A stretch of DNA of 64,000 nt from a bacterium (GCA_021811185.1 JAJZPL010000005.1:42694-106693); one strand, 5' to 3'. Shown: positions 53,282 to 63,394, counted from the stretch's first letter. The notes: generated by a model from the sequence alone, not told the origin. Translations and numbers: made by a program.

Positions 53282-54187
53282 ATGGCAGCAATAACCGGAG
53301 AACAGGTAATGACCCTCAGGAGCCAGACCGGCGCGGGCATCATGGACTGCAAGGGCGCCCTTAACGAAACGGGCGGCGACTTAGCCAAGGCCGTGGAGCT
53401 GCTCCGCAAGAAGGGCCTGGCCGGCCTGGCCAAGCGCGCCGGCCGCACCATGAAGGAAGGCGTGGTCGCGGGCAAAACCTCCGCCGACGGCAAAGCCCTC
53501 TCCCTCCTCGAGCTCAACTGCGAGACCGACTTCGTGGCCAAGAATCCCGACGTGGTGGCTTTCGCCTCGGCCCTCGCCGCCGATATGCTTTCCGACGCAA
53601 CGCTCGCCAACCCGGCCGAGAGCGAAGCGGCCAAAGCGCGCCTGCAGGCCATAGCGATGAAGATGGGCGAGAACATGCAGATCCGCCGCGGCGTGGTCTA
53701 CACCGCCGCCGCCGATACCGTCTCCAATTATTACGTGCACTCCGACAGCCGCAAGGGCGCCATCGTAGAGCTTTCCTTCGACGGCAACATTGCCGCCGGC
53801 AAGGCCGAGCTGCAGGCCCTCGCCCGCGAGCTCGCCATGCAGGCCGTCGCGATGAGCCCCAAGTTCCTCCGGCGCGAGGAAGTCGCCGCCGACGTGGTGG
53901 CCAAAGAGCGCGAGATCTACAAGGCCAAGATGGAGAAGGACGAAGAGGCCGCCAAGGCCGCCGCCGCCGAGGGCGGCAAACCGTACAAGGCCAAGCCGGC
54001 CGAAGCCGTCGCCAAGATGCTGGACGGCCGCGTCAACAAGTTCTTCCAGGAATCCTGCCTTCTCGAGCAGGCTTCCATCCGCGATTCCAAGCTGACCGTG
54101 ACCCAGGCCGTAAAGAACCTGGGCGCCAAGCTCGGAGGCAACATCACCGTGAAGCGCTTCAACTGCTTCCTGGTCGGCATAGAATAA
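53282..54187 (+). CDS. tsf: Translation elongation factor Ts
   Basis: TGAGIMDCKGAL. Trimmed to the ATG at 53282, preceded by AAGGAG. Confidence 0.95.
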   Translation: MAAITGEQVMTLRSQTGAGIMDCKGALNETGGDLAKAVELLRKKGLAGLAKRAGRTMKEGVVAGKTSADGKALSLLELNCETDFVAKNPDVVAFASALAADMLSDATLANPAESEAAKARLQAIAMKMGENMQIRRGVVYTAAADTVSNYYVHSDSRKGAIVELSFDGNIAAGKAELQALARELAMQAVAMSPKFLRREEVAADVVAKEREIYKAKMEKDEEAAKAAAAEGGKPYKAKPAEAVAKMLDGRVNKFFQESCLLEQASIRDSKLTVTQAVKNLGAKLGGNITVKRFNCFLVGIE

Positions 54188-54277
54188 GAGTTCTAACCGC
54201 CATAAATCGCGGGCAGCCCCGGATCCCCCGGCTGCCCGCGGTCTAAGGCCCACAGCTTCGGTATAAATGGGAGGCTC

Positions 54278-54988
54278 ATGTACAAGCGCGTACTGCTCAA
54301 ACTTTCCGGCGAAGCTCTCGGTTCCCCCGGCGACAGCCGCTCCATCAATCCCCCCGCCCTCACTTTCATAGCCAAGGAAATAGCTAAAGGCCTCCAGCGC
54401 GGCACGCGCCTGGCCCTGGTGATCGGCGGCGGCAACATCTGGCGCGGCGCCCGCGACGGCAACGGCATGATCGACCGCGTCACGTCGGACAACATGGGCA
54501 TGCTGGCCACCATCATTAACGCGATGGCGCTGCAGTCCGCGCTGGAGCACGAAGGCGTCTCCACCCGCGTGCAGACGGCCATAGAACTTTCCCGGCTGGC
54601 CGAGCCCTTCATCCGGCGCCGCGCGCTGCGCCATCTGGAGAAGGACCGCGTGGTCATTTTCGCCGGCGGCACCGGCAACCCTTATTTCACCACCGACACG
54701 GCCGCGGCGCTGCGCGCGGCGGAGATCCACGCCGACGTGATCTTCAAGGCCACGCAGGTGGACGGCGTCTACACCAGCGACCCCAAGAAGGACCCCAAGG
54801 CCAAACTGATCAAGGACATCACCTATATGTCCGCCATCAACAAGGGGCTCAAGTTCATGGACGCCAGCGCGCTGACGCTCTGCATGGAGAATAATATTCC
54901 CATCCTCGTTTTCAACCTGCACAAGCCCGGCAATATCCGCCGCGCGATGCGCGGCGAGAAAGTGGGGACGCTGATAAGGCAGGACTGA
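54278..54988 (+). CDS. pyrH: UMP kinase
   Basis: [12 protein letters not shown] and GGGNIWRG motifs. Confidence 0.95.
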   Translation: MYKRVLLKLSGEALGSPGDSRSINPPALTFIAKEIAKGLQRGTRLALVIGGGNIWRGARDGNGMIDRVTSDNMGMLATIINAMALQSALEHEGVSTRVQTAIELSRLAEPFIRRRALRHLEKDRVVIFAGGTGNPYFTTDTAAALRAAEIHADVIFKATQVDGVYTSDPKKDPKAKLIKDITYMSAINKGLKFMDASALTLCMENNIPILVFNLHKPGNIRRAMRGEKVGTLIRQD

Positions 54989-54990
54989 CC

Positions 54991-55554
54991 ATGGAAGCCA
55001 AGATCACCTCGGCGCTGAAGCGCCACGTGGCGGCCGCGCAGGCGCTGGCGGCCGATCCCTCGCCGCTGCGCGACATAGCGGCCGCGCTGGCCGGCACCGT
55101 TAAGGCCGGCGGGAAGATCCTGATCTGCGGCAACGGCGGTTCCGCGGCCGACAGCCAGCACATCGCCGGCGAACTGGTGGGCCGCTTCAAGAAAGAGCGC
55201 CGCGCCATCGCCGCCGTCTCCCTGACCACCGACACTTCCGTCATGACCTGCCTGGGCAACGACTACGGCTTCGACCGGGTGTTCGAGCGCCAGGTGGAGG
55301 CGCTCGGCCGCAAAGGCGACCTGCTGCTGGCTCTTTCCACCTCGGGCTCCAGCGCCAACGTGCTCAGGGCCGCGGCCAGGGCCAAAGAGACCGGCATGAC
55401 CGTGATAGGCTTTTTCGGCAAGGGCGGCGGCGCCATCGTTAAGTATTGCGACCTGGCTTTCCTCGCCCCCGAAACGGATACCCCCCGGGTGCAGGAAATG
55501 CATATCCTGGCCGCGCACATCATCTGCGAACTGGTGGAAGACTCCGTCTCCTGA
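54991..55554 (+). CDS. gmhA: SIS-domain D-sedoheptulose-7-phosphate isomerase (GmhA/DiaA family)
   Basis: ICGNGGSAADSQH and LSTSGSS motifs. Confidence 0.82.
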   Translation: MEAKITSALKRHVAAAQALAADPSPLRDIAAALAGTVKAGGKILICGNGGSAADSQHIAGELVGRFKKERRAIAAVSLTTDTSVMTCLGNDYGFDRVFERQVEALGRKGDLLLALSTSGSSANVLRAAARAKETGMTVIGFFGKGGGAIVKYCDLAFLAPETDTPRVQEMHILAAHIICELVEDSVS

Positions 55555-55661
55555 CGCGGCGCGCCCGGCGCCGCATCAGTCTTTTCCCCCCGCCCGATAA
55601 ATATAATATAATTAACTGTGCAGAACGGGAGTTTCCCGTCGCGGCACAGGAGGGCTATTTT

Positions 55662-56228
55662 ATGGCGGAATCTATCGAAGAAATAATTTCCTTATCCGAG
55701 CTGGAAATGGTGGAGAAGGTGGAGAAGTTCAAGCGCGAACTGACCTCGCTGCGCACCGGCAGGGCCAACCCCCAGCTGCTCGACAGCGTTTCCGTGGAAT
55801 ATTACGGCTCCCGCGTGCCACTTAAACAGGTGGCCGCCATTTCCATCCCCGAGGCCCGCACCATAGAAGTGCGCCCCTGGGACGCCGCCGCCGCCGACGC
55901 GGTGGAAGAGGCGCTGCGCAAAATGGATTTCGGCTCCTCACCCTCCCGCAACGGCAACGTCATCCGCATCAACCTCCCGCCGATGACCGAGGACCAGCGC
56001 AAGAAGATGGTGAAGGTCGTGCACAGCATGGGCGAGGACGCCCGCGTGCAGATCAGGAACGTCCGCCGCGACGCGCTCGAGAAGGTGAAGAAGACCCAGA
56101 AGGCCGGCGAGATCTCCGAGGACGACGCGAAGCGCCACGAGGACACCGTGCAGAAGCTCACGGATTCTTTCTCCAGGAACATAGACGAGATCGTGGCTAA
56201 CAAGGAAAAAGACCTGCTTACCGTCTGA
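55662..56228 (+). CDS. frr: Ribosome recycling factor
   Basis: LRTGRANPQLLD. Trimmed to the ATG at 55662, preceded by AGGAGGG. Confidence 0.93.
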   Translation: MAESIEEIISLSELEMVEKVEKFKRELTSLRTGRANPQLLDSVSVEYYGSRVPLKQVAAISIPEARTIEVRPWDAAAADAVEEALRKMDFGSSPSRNGNVIRINLPPMTEDQRKKMVKVVHSMGEDARVQIRNVRRDALEKVKKTQKAGEISEDDAKRHEDTVQKLTDSFSRNIDEIVANKEKDLLTV

Positions 56229-56929
56229 TGCACCAGACCAAACCCGACCCCGCCCGCCTGCCCGCCCATGTGGCTATCATCATGGACGGGAACAGGCGCT
56301 GGGCTAAAAAGCGCGGCCTGCCTTCCCTGGCCGGCCACAAGGCGGGGGTGGATTCCGTGCACGCGGTGGTCCGCGCCGCCAGCAACGCCGGGCTGAAGGC
56401 GCTTACCATCTACGCTTTTTCCACCGAGAACTGGAACCGCTCCAAGCTGGAAGTCAGCGCGCTGATGTTCCTGCTGAAGAAGACCATCACCTCCTACGCC
56501 GACGAGCTGGACCGGGAGAACATCCGCCTGGCGCTGAGCGGCCGCATAGAAGAACTGCCGCGGGCGGCCCGCGAAGGCCTGCGCGCTACCGAGGCGCGCC
56601 TTAAGGACAATAAAGGCATGGTGCTGAACATCGCCCTTAATTACGGCGGGCGCCAGGAAATACTCGACGCCGTCAACAGGGCGCTGGCCGCCGGGCTTAA
56701 GAAGGTTGACGAAAAGTCTTTTTCCTCCCTGTTCTATTCGCCCGCCCTGCCCGACCCGGACCTGCTGATCCGCACCTCGGGCGAGATGCGCATCTCGAAT
56801 TTCCTGCTGTGGCAGACGGCTTACAGCGAGTTCTACGTGACCGACACGCTCTGGCCCGATTTCCGCGAGAAGGAATTCACGAAAGCGCTGCTGGATTACC
56901 AGGAGCGCGACAGAAGGAGAGGTACCTAA
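56228..56929 (+). CDS. uppS: Di-trans,poly-cis-undecaprenyl-diphosphate synthase
   Basis: HVAIIMDGNRRWA motif. Confidence 0.93.
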   Translation: MHQTKPDPARLPAHVAIIMDGNRRWAKKRGLPSLAGHKAGVDSVHAVVRAASNAGLKALTIYAFSTENWNRSKLEVSALMFLLKKTITSYADELDRENIRLALSGRIEELPRAAREGLRATEARLKDNKGMVLNIALNYGGRQEILDAVNRALAAGLKKVDEKSFSSLFYSPALPDPDLLIRTSGEMRISNFLLWQTAYSEFYVTDTLWPDFREKEFTKALLDYQERDRRRGT

Positions 56930-56932
56930 CCG

Positions 56933-57739
56933 ATGCTTTTACCAAGAGTTCTCACCGCCCTGTTCGGCATCCCGGTAGTGCTGCTGCTTATTAAAGCCGG
57001 CGGCCCCGCCTACGCGGTCTTCGTCTTCACCGTTATCGCGCTCTCTCTCTACGAGTTCGCCACGCTGATGAAGCTGGGCGCCAAGCCGGTGCAGGTGCCC
57101 ACCCTTTACGCGTTCGGCCTGCTGCTCCCCGCCGCGCTCTACTTCGACCATTACTCCGCGGCGCAGAGCGGCGGCGACAACTTCACCGGCTTCGTGCTGG
57201 CGCTCACTATCGTGGGAACGATGACCTACGAGCTGTTCTCGCCCAAAAAATACCTCGAGCGCATCGGCCTGACGCTGCTGGGGATCTTCATGATCTCCTG
57301 GTGCATGTTCCACCTGGTGGCCATCCGCGGCCTTCAGCCCGACGGCCTGGGCCTGACGGTGATGCTGATCGTGACGGTGTGGATCATGGACACGGCGGCG
57401 TATTTCCTGGGCAAGTCCTTCGGCCGCCGGCAGCTTTCGTCCATCAGCCCCAAGAAGACCTGGGAAGGCGCGGCCGCGGGCTTCATCGCCGCGGTGGCGA
57501 CCGCCCTGGGCATAGGCCACTATATGGGCACGGTCTCCCCCGCCTTCGCCGCCGGCGCCGGCGTGCTGATCGGCATCTTCGGGCAGATCTCGGATATCGC
57601 CGAGTCCATGCTGAAGCGGGCCGTGGGCGTGAAGGATTCGTCCAACCTGCTGCCCGGGCATGGCGGCATCCTGGACCGTTTCGATTCGTATATTTTCCTG
57701 GCCCCGATAATCTATTACTACGCGGTCTTCGCGCGCTGA
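56933..57739 (+). CDS. cdsA: Phosphatidate cytidylyltransferase
   Basis: Polytopic protein with a C-terminal signature (PGHGGILDRFDS). Confidence 0.9.
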   Translation: MLLPRVLTALFGIPVVLLLIKAGGPAYAVFVFTVIALSLYEFATLMKLGAKPVQVPTLYAFGLLLPAALYFDHYSAAQSGGDNFTGFVLALTIVGTMTYELFSPKKYLERIGLTLLGIFMISWCMFHLVAIRGLQPDGLGLTVMLIVTVWIMDTAAYFLGKSFGRRQLSSISPKKTWEGAAAGFIAAVATALGIGHYMGTVSPAFAAGAGVLIGIFGQISDIAESMLKRAVGVKDSSNLLPGHGGILDRFDSYIFLAPIIYYYAVFAR

Positions 57740-57752
57740 CGGCCGCAAAAAA

Positions 57753-58937
57753 ATGAAGAATATAGTCATACTCGGTTCCACCGGCTCCATCGGCGTCAAC
57801 GCCGTGAAAGCCGTTAAGAACCTCGGGAAAGGCTGGAGGGTGCTGGGCATAGCCGCCAACTCCAACCTCGAGGCGCTCGGCGCGCAGCTGCGCGCGCTGA
57901 AGCCCGCCTACGTTACTGTTTTCGACTACGAGGCCTGGAAAGAACTCAAGGCCTCCGCCCCGCGCGGGGTTAAGGTGCTCCCCCCCGGGGTCGAAGGCCT
58001 TGTGGAGCTGGCCTCCCTGGAAGAGGCCGACATCGTGCTGAGCGCCGTTACCGGCGCGGTGGGCCTGGCGCCTCTTCTGGCCGCCATCCGCGGCTCCAAG
58101 CACGTGGCACTCGCCAACAAGGAGCCGATGGTGATGGCGGGCGAACTGCTGATGAAGGAAGCCGGCCGCTGGCAGGCCCGCATCATCCCCGTGGACTCCG
58201 AGCCTTCCGCTATTTTCCAGTGCCTGGCCTCCGTGAAGCCCGGGCATTACGACGACGCGGTCTCGCGCGTGTTCCTTACCGCCTCGGGCGGGCCCTTCTA
58301 TAAGACCAAGGGGTCGCTGGCCGCGGTCACCCCCGCGCAGGCGCTGAAGCATCCCCGCTGGAGCATGGGCCCCAAGATCACCGTGGATTCCGCCACGCTG
58401 ATGAACAAGGGCCTCGAGGCCATAGAGATAAAGAACCTTTTCTCGCTGAAGCTTTCCAAGATCGAGGTGGTGATCCACCCGCAGTCCGCGGTGCATTCCG
58501 CGGTGGAATTCAAGGACGGCTCGGTGCTGGCGCAGTTGTCGGTGCCTGACATGAAACTGCCCATCCAGTACGCCCTCACCTGGCCGCAGCGCGCGGCCTC
58601 GCTGGCCGGGCCGCTGGACCTTTTCAAACTGGCGCGTCTCGATTTCGCCAAGCCGGATTTCCGGCGTTTCCCGTGCCTCGAGCTGGCCTTCCAGGCCGCG
58701 CGGGCCGGCGGCATCTGCCCGGCGGCGCTTAACGCCGCCAACGAGGTAGCCGTCGGCGCTTTTATCTCCGGCAAGCTCCGCTTCACCGATATTCCTGACG
58801 TAGTGGAAAAGACCCTCGCCGCCTGCCGCGGCGATTCGCGTTCGAGCCTTACCATCGCGGGGGCCGTGGAGGCCGACGGCTGGGCCCGGCAGAAAGCCGC
58901 GGCCATTTCGGAAATACTCAGAAAGAGGTTAAAATGA
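57753..58937 (+). CDS. dxr: 1-deoxy-D-xylulose-5-phosphate reductoisomerase
   Basis: ILGSTGSIG and NKGLE motifs. Confidence 0.95.
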   Translation: MKNIVILGSTGSIGVNAVKAVKNLGKGWRVLGIAANSNLEALGAQLRALKPAYVTVFDYEAWKELKASAPRGVKVLPPGVEGLVELASLEEADIVLSAVTGAVGLAPLLAAIRGSKHVALANKEPMVMAGELLMKEAGRWQARIIPVDSEPSAIFQCLASVKPGHYDDAVSRVFLTASGGPFYKTKGSLAAVTPAQALKHPRWSMGPKITVDSATLMNKGLEAIEIKNLFSLKLSKIEVVIHPQSAVHSAVEFKDGSVLAQLSVPDMKLPIQYALTWPQRAASLAGPLDLFKLARLDFAKPDFRRFPCLELAFQAARAGGICPAALNAANEVAVGAFISGKLRFTDIPDVVEKTLAACRGDSRSSLTIAGAVEADGWARQKAAAISEILRKRLK

Positions 58938-60016
58938 TCCTGTCAATATTAGCTGTGCTGTTCACTTTCGGCCTCGTGATCTTCCTGCATGAACTCGGCC
59001 ATTTCACCGTCTGCAAGCTGACCGGCATAAAAGTCGAGGCCTTCTCCTTCGGCTTCGGGCCGGAACTGATAGGCCGCACCAAAGGCGATACCCGCTACTC
59101 GCTCCGGGCCGTGCCGCTGGGCGGCTACGTAAAGCCCGCCGGCGAGAACATCGAAGAGGTTTCCGGCTCGCCCGACGAGTATTTTTCCAAGCCTTGGTAT
59201 GTCCGCCTCGCGGTGGTGGCCGCCGGGCCAACGATGAACTACCTGCTGGCCTTCGTGCTCTTTTCCGGGGTCATCCTTTTCGTGGGCGAGCCTGTCCCCT
59301 CTCCCGAGGCCGTCATCGGCGACCTGACGCAGGGCTACCCCGCCGAGACGGCGGGCCTGAAGGCGGGCGACCGGGTGCTGAAAGTCGACGGCTCCGCGGT
59401 GTCTTCCTGGGCGGAGATGGCCGGGCGCATCTACGTCAAGATGGAGAAGGACGTGACCATAGATTACAGCCGCGGCGGAGTTGCGGCGACGGTCAAGCTG
59501 AAGACCCGCAAAGCCTCCGACGGCGGCGCCGTCCGCGGGGTGATCGGCATCTCCCCGGCTATCGCGTACAAGCACGTGCCGGTCCTCAAGGGCCTCTCGA
59601 TGGGCGCGTACCAGTGCTGGTACTGGACGGCCTTTACCGTGAAGACCCTGGCCTCAAATATCCACAAACATGAAAAACCCGACCTGGCAGGGCCCATCGG
59701 CATAGTGAACATCGTGAGCAAGGCCGCGCATACCGGCATGACGGACCTGTTCTTCCTGATCGGCCTGATCTCCGTGGCCGTGGGCTTCTTCAACCTGCTG
59801 CCTATCCCGCTGCTCGACGGCGGCTGGATGGTGATGTTCACTTATGAAGGCGTCTTCCGCCGCAAGATCACCCCGAACGTGATGCAGTACGTGAACGGCG
59901 CGGGCATCGCCGTGCTGGTGAGCATTTTGCTTTTCGCCACCTACAGCGACATCATGCGCATAGTCACGAACCGCGCGGCCAAGAAGGCCGCGGCCGCGCA
60001 GGAACAGGTGAAATAA
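58934..60016 (+). CDS. rseP: Site-2 (RIP) zinc metalloprotease RseP
   Basis: HELGHF, a PDZ segment and NLLPIPLLDGG. Confidence 0.9.
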   Translation: MILSILAVLFTFGLVIFLHELGHFTVCKLTGIKVEAFSFGFGPELIGRTKGDTRYSLRAVPLGGYVKPAGENIEEVSGSPDEYFSKPWYVRLAVVAAGPTMNYLLAFVLFSGVILFVGEPVPSPEAVIGDLTQGYPAETAGLKAGDRVLKVDGSAVSSWAEMAGRIYVKMEKDVTIDYSRGGVAATVKLKTRKASDGGAVRGVIGISPAIAYKHVPVLKGLSMGAYQCWYWTAFTVKTLASNIHKHEKPDLAGPIGIVNIVSKAAHTGMTDLFFLIGLISVAVGFFNLLPIPLLDGGWMVMFTYEGVFRRKITPNVMQYVNGAGIAVLVSILLFATYSDIMRIVTNRAAKKAAAAQEQVK

Positions 60017-60017
60017 G

Positions 60018-61118
60018 ATGGCCTGCGCCTGCCACGACAAATCCCGTCACACCCGCGTAGTAAAAGTGGGCCGCTTCGCCATTGGCGGCGATAACCCGGT
60101 TTCGGTACAGTCCATGTGCAATACCGACACCCGCGACCTTAAGGCCACGGTGGATCAGGTGCGCCGTCTGGAGGAGGCCGGCTGCGAGATCATCCGCGTG
60201 GCCGTGCCCGACATGGAGGCGGCGCTGAACCTCGGGCGCATCAAGAGCGCCATCTCCATCCCGCTGGTGGCGGACATCCATTTCGACTGGCGTCTGGCCC
60301 TTGAGGCGGTGCGGCAGGGCGTGGACAAGGTGCGCATCAACCCCGGCAACATCGGCGACAAGCCTAAGGTTAAGGAAGTGGTGACAGCCTGCAAGGCCGC
60401 CGGCGTGCCCATCCGCATCGGCGTCAACGCCGGTTCGCTCAAGATCCTGAAAGAGGCCCCGCTCCCGAAGTGGACGCCCTATGAATGGGCCAAGCAGATG
60501 GTTAAGGAGGCGCTGGACGAGGTGAAGCTCCTCGAGCGCCTGGAGTTCCGCGACATCGTGGTCTCCCTTAAGGCCGACGACATCGAGCGCACCGTGCTGG
60601 CGAACTCGCTCTTCGCCTCCAAGTCCGACATCCCCCTCCACCTCGGCGTTACCGAGGCGGGCAGCTTTCTGGCCGGCACCGTTAAGTCTTCGATCGGCAT
60701 AGGGCTGCTGCTGGCGCAGGGCATCGGCGACACCGTGCGGGTCTCGCTCACCGAGGACCCCACCCTGCAGGTGCGCGCCGCTTATGAAATTTTAAAAAGC
60801 CTGGGCCTGCGCCAGTACGGGCCCGACCTGGTCTCCTGCCCCACCTGCGGCCGCTGCCAGGTGAACGTGGGGAAGGTGATCCACGAATTGGAAGAACGTA
60901 TTTATTCGGACCGCCAGCTCCGGCAGAAGTCCGAGGGCTTGAAGATAGCCGTGATGGGCTGCGTGGTCAACGGGCCCGGCGAGGCGCGCTCGGCTGATTT
61001 CGGCGTGGCCGGCGGCAAAGGCCGCGGCATCTGGATAGAGAAAGGCAAGCAGATCAAGGTCATCAAAGAATCCGAATGGGTCAACGAAGTGATAAGGAAG
61101 ATCCGCGATTCAAAGTAG
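60018..61118 (+). CDS. ispG: 4-hydroxy-3-methylbut-2-enyl diphosphate synthase
   Basis: VQSMCNTDT, CPTCGRC and MGCVVNGPGE motifs. Confidence 0.95.
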   Translation: MACACHDKSRHTRVVKVGRFAIGGDNPVSVQSMCNTDTRDLKATVDQVRRLEEAGCEIIRVAVPDMEAALNLGRIKSAISIPLVADIHFDWRLALEAVRQGVDKVRINPGNIGDKPKVKEVVTACKAAGVPIRIGVNAGSLKILKEAPLPKWTPYEWAKQMVKEALDEVKLLERLEFRDIVVSLKADDIERTVLANSLFASKSDIPLHLGVTEAGSFLAGTVKSSIGIGLLLAQGIGDTVRVSLTEDPTLQVRAAYEILKSLGLRQYGPDLVSCPTCGRCQVNVGKVIHELEERIYSDRQLRQKSEGLKIAVMGCVVNGPGEARSADFGVAGGKGRGIWIEKGKQIKVIKESEWVNEVIRKIRDSK

Positions 61119-61156
61119 CGGAGCAGTAGCCGCGCACCGAGGACGACTAAAGAATT

Positions 61157-62710
61157 ATGAACAAACCCGACAACCAGCAGAAGACCGAAGCCGCTGTCAC
61201 CCCCCGCGCGCAGGATTACTCGCAGTGGTACCTGGACGTGATCAAGAAAGCCACCCTCGCCGAGCATTCGGCGGTGCGCGGCTGCATGGTGATCCGGCCC
61301 CACGGCTACGCCATCTGGGAAAAGATGCAGCGCGAGCTGGACGACAGGTTTAAGGAGACCGGGCATGAGAACGCCTATTTCCCGCTCTTCATCCCGCTCT
61401 CTTTCCTTACGCGCGAAGAGAAGCACGCCACCGGGTTCGCCAAGGAATGCGCGGTGGTCACGCACCACCGCCTTAAGTCCGTCAACGGCGAGATCGTCCC
61501 CGACCCCGATTCCAAGCTCGAGGAGCCCCTGGTCGTGCGCCCCACCAGCGAGACCATCATCTGGGCGCAGTACAAGAACTGGATCCAGAGCTACCGCGAC
61601 CTGCCGCTGCTGATCAACCAGTGGGCCAACGTCGTGCGCTGGGAGATGCGCACGCGGCTGTTCCTGCGCACGGCCGAATTTCTCTGGCAGGAAGGCCATA
61701 CCGCGCACGCCACAGAGAAGGAGGCGCTCGAGGAGACCTGGAAGATGCTCGACGTCTACTCCGACTTCGCCGAGAACATAATGGCGGTACCGGTGATAAA
61801 AGGGCGCAAGACCGAGGGCGAGCGCTTCGCCGGAGCCCTGGAGACGCTTTCCATAGAAGGCATGATGCAGGACGGCAAGGCCCTGCAGATGGGGACCAGC
61901 CATTACCTGGGCCAGAACTTCTCCAAGGGCGCCGACGTGAAGTTCCAGAACAAGGAAGGGCAGCTCGAGTACGTGTACGCCACCAGCTGGGGCGTGAGCA
62001 CCAGGCTGATCGGCGCGCTGATCATGACCCATTCCGACGACGCCGGGCTCGTGCTTCCCCCGAAGCTGGCCCCGGTTCAGGTCATCATTATCCCGATCTT
62101 CAAGAACGACGAGGAACGCGCAAAGACCGTTGAAGAGGCGAAGAAAGTCTTCGCCGAGCTCAAGGCCCTCGGCGTCGCCGTCCGCATAGACGACCGCGAC
62201 GGCCTGATGCCGGGCGCGAAATATTACGAGTGGGAAGGCAAAGGCGTTCCCCTCCGCATCGAAGTGGGCCCCAAGGACCTCGAGAAAGGCTCGCTCTGCA
62301 TCGCCCGCCGGTTCGTGCCCGAGATCAAAGGCGAAAATCCCGCCGACCAGCGCAAGCGCCGCAAGTCCTTCCTGCCGCGGGCGGAAGCCATCGCCTCCAT
62401 CGTGCCCACGCTGGACGCCATGCAGAAGGAACTCCTGGAGCGCGCCAGGACCCTCAGGACCGAGCGCAGCAAGGTGATAGACAAACTGGAAGATTTCGAG
62501 AAGTTCTTCAAGGGCGAAGGCGGCGGTTTCGCCTGGGTGCACTGGGCCGGCGACGCCGCGCAGGAAGACGAGATGGCCAAGCGCTTCGAGACCAGCATCC
62601 GCAATATCCCCTTCGAGGACCAGATCCCCGGGGAAGCCAGGGGTGAAGGCGTCTGCATCCTCACCGGCAAACCATCCAAGCAGAGGGTGCTGATGGCGAA
62701 GTCTTACTAG
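61157..62710 (+). CDS. proS: Proline--tRNA ligase (archaeal/eukaryote-like short type)
   Basis: YSQWYLDVI N-terminus, no bacterial INS editing insertion, terminal Y. Confidence 0.93.
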   Translation: MNKPDNQQKTEAAVTPRAQDYSQWYLDVIKKATLAEHSAVRGCMVIRPHGYAIWEKMQRELDDRFKETGHENAYFPLFIPLSFLTREEKHATGFAKECAVVTHHRLKSVNGEIVPDPDSKLEEPLVVRPTSETIIWAQYKNWIQSYRDLPLLINQWANVVRWEMRTRLFLRTAEFLWQEGHTAHATEKEALEETWKMLDVYSDFAENIMAVPVIKGRKTEGERFAGALETLSIEGMMQDGKALQMGTSHYLGQNFSKGADVKFQNKEGQLEYVYATSWGVSTRLIGALIMTHSDDAGLVLPPKLAPVQVIIIPIFKNDEERAKTVEEAKKVFAELKALGVAVRIDDRDGLMPGAKYYEWEGKGVPLRIEVGPKDLEKGSLCIARRFVPEIKGENPADQRKRRKSFLPRAEAIASIVPTLDAMQKELLERARTLRTERSKVIDKLEDFEKFFKGEGGGFAWVHWAGDAAQEDEMAKRFETSIRNIPFEDQIPGEARGEGVCILTGKPSKQRVLMAKSY

Positions 62711-62737
62711 GAGTCTCCCCAGGGAAGCCGGACGTCT

Positions 62738-63322
62738 ATGGACAGCCTTTTCACCAACGCGGTCTTCATGCGCTACGCGCTCGACGCCATCCCGTCCATC
62801 GTGCTGGTCACGGACGAGGACGCGCGCGTCCTGTACCGCAACCTGGCGGGCAGGGGCCTGCTGAAGGGCGAGAAGATCTACTCCTCCCGCGTGGGCGACG
62901 TGATGCACTGCATCCACGCCACGGATGCTCCGGACGGCTGCGGCACCGGCCCGCACTGCGCCGGCTGCGTAGTGCGCAATTCGGTTAGCAACGCCTACGC
63001 CGGCAAGACCGTGCGCAGGCAGCGCACGGACATTACCGTTAAGGCCGGCGGCAAGACCCTGGATATCCCCGCGCTGATCTCGGTTTCCGGTTTCACCTTC
63101 GAGGATAAAATTTACGCCCTGATGGTGATAGAGGATATCTCCGAACTTTCAGAACTGCGCGCTCTGCTGCCCATCTGTTCCTCGTGCAAGAAGATCCGCG
63201 CGGAGGACGGCCAGTGGGAAAAAGTGGAAACCTATATAAAGGCCCATGTCCCGGACGTAAACCTTTCCCACGGCCTCTGCCCCGCCTGCGCCAAAAAACT
63301 CTATCCGGACCAGTCGGATTAA
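62738..63322 (+). CDS. PAS-like small sensor protein with two Cys/His clusters and no recognisable output domain
   Basis: HCIHATDAPDGCGTGPHCAGC in the PAS-like core. C-terminal LPICSSCKKIRAEDGQWEKVETYIKAHVPDVNLSHGLCPACAKKLY. Confidence 0.72.
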   Translation: MDSLFTNAVFMRYALDAIPSIVLVTDEDARVLYRNLAGRGLLKGEKIYSSRVGDVMHCIHATDAPDGCGTGPHCAGCVVRNSVSNAYAGKTVRRQRTDITVKAGGKTLDIPALISVSGFTFEDKIYALMVIEDISELSELRALLPICSSCKKIRAEDGQWEKVETYIKAHVPDVNLSHGLCPACAKKLYPDQSD

Positions 63323-63394
63323 GCCGGTTCAGGCCATGGCCGGCCGGCAAAAAGCCATAAGAAATCCCTGCGGCGTTCTGTGGCTTTCTTTGCA

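Noticed and set aside
54208-54240. 11-bp GC hairpin (CGCGGGCAGCC/GGCTGCCCGCG) after tsf as an intrinsic terminator
   Set aside because: No T-run follows the stem, and pyrH follows with its own SD. At most this is a pause or stability element, so it was not listed as a terminator.
53381-54922. 513-aa minus-strand ORF across tsf and pyrH. Similar long antisense ORFs occur at 31804..33051, 34303..35724, 39480..40853, 48887..50131 and 52097..53221.
   Set aside because: All are antisense to genes with strong family motifs and have shadow-ORF composition. None is preceded by an SD or promoter that I could see.
60902-62956. 684-aa minus-strand ORF spanning the ispG 3' end, all of proS and the start of the PAS gene
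   Set aside because: It runs straight through two intergenic regions and three well-supported plus-strand genes. Composition is again the G/A/R/L/H-rich shadow type. Its length reflects stop-codon depletion in the antisense frame, not coding.
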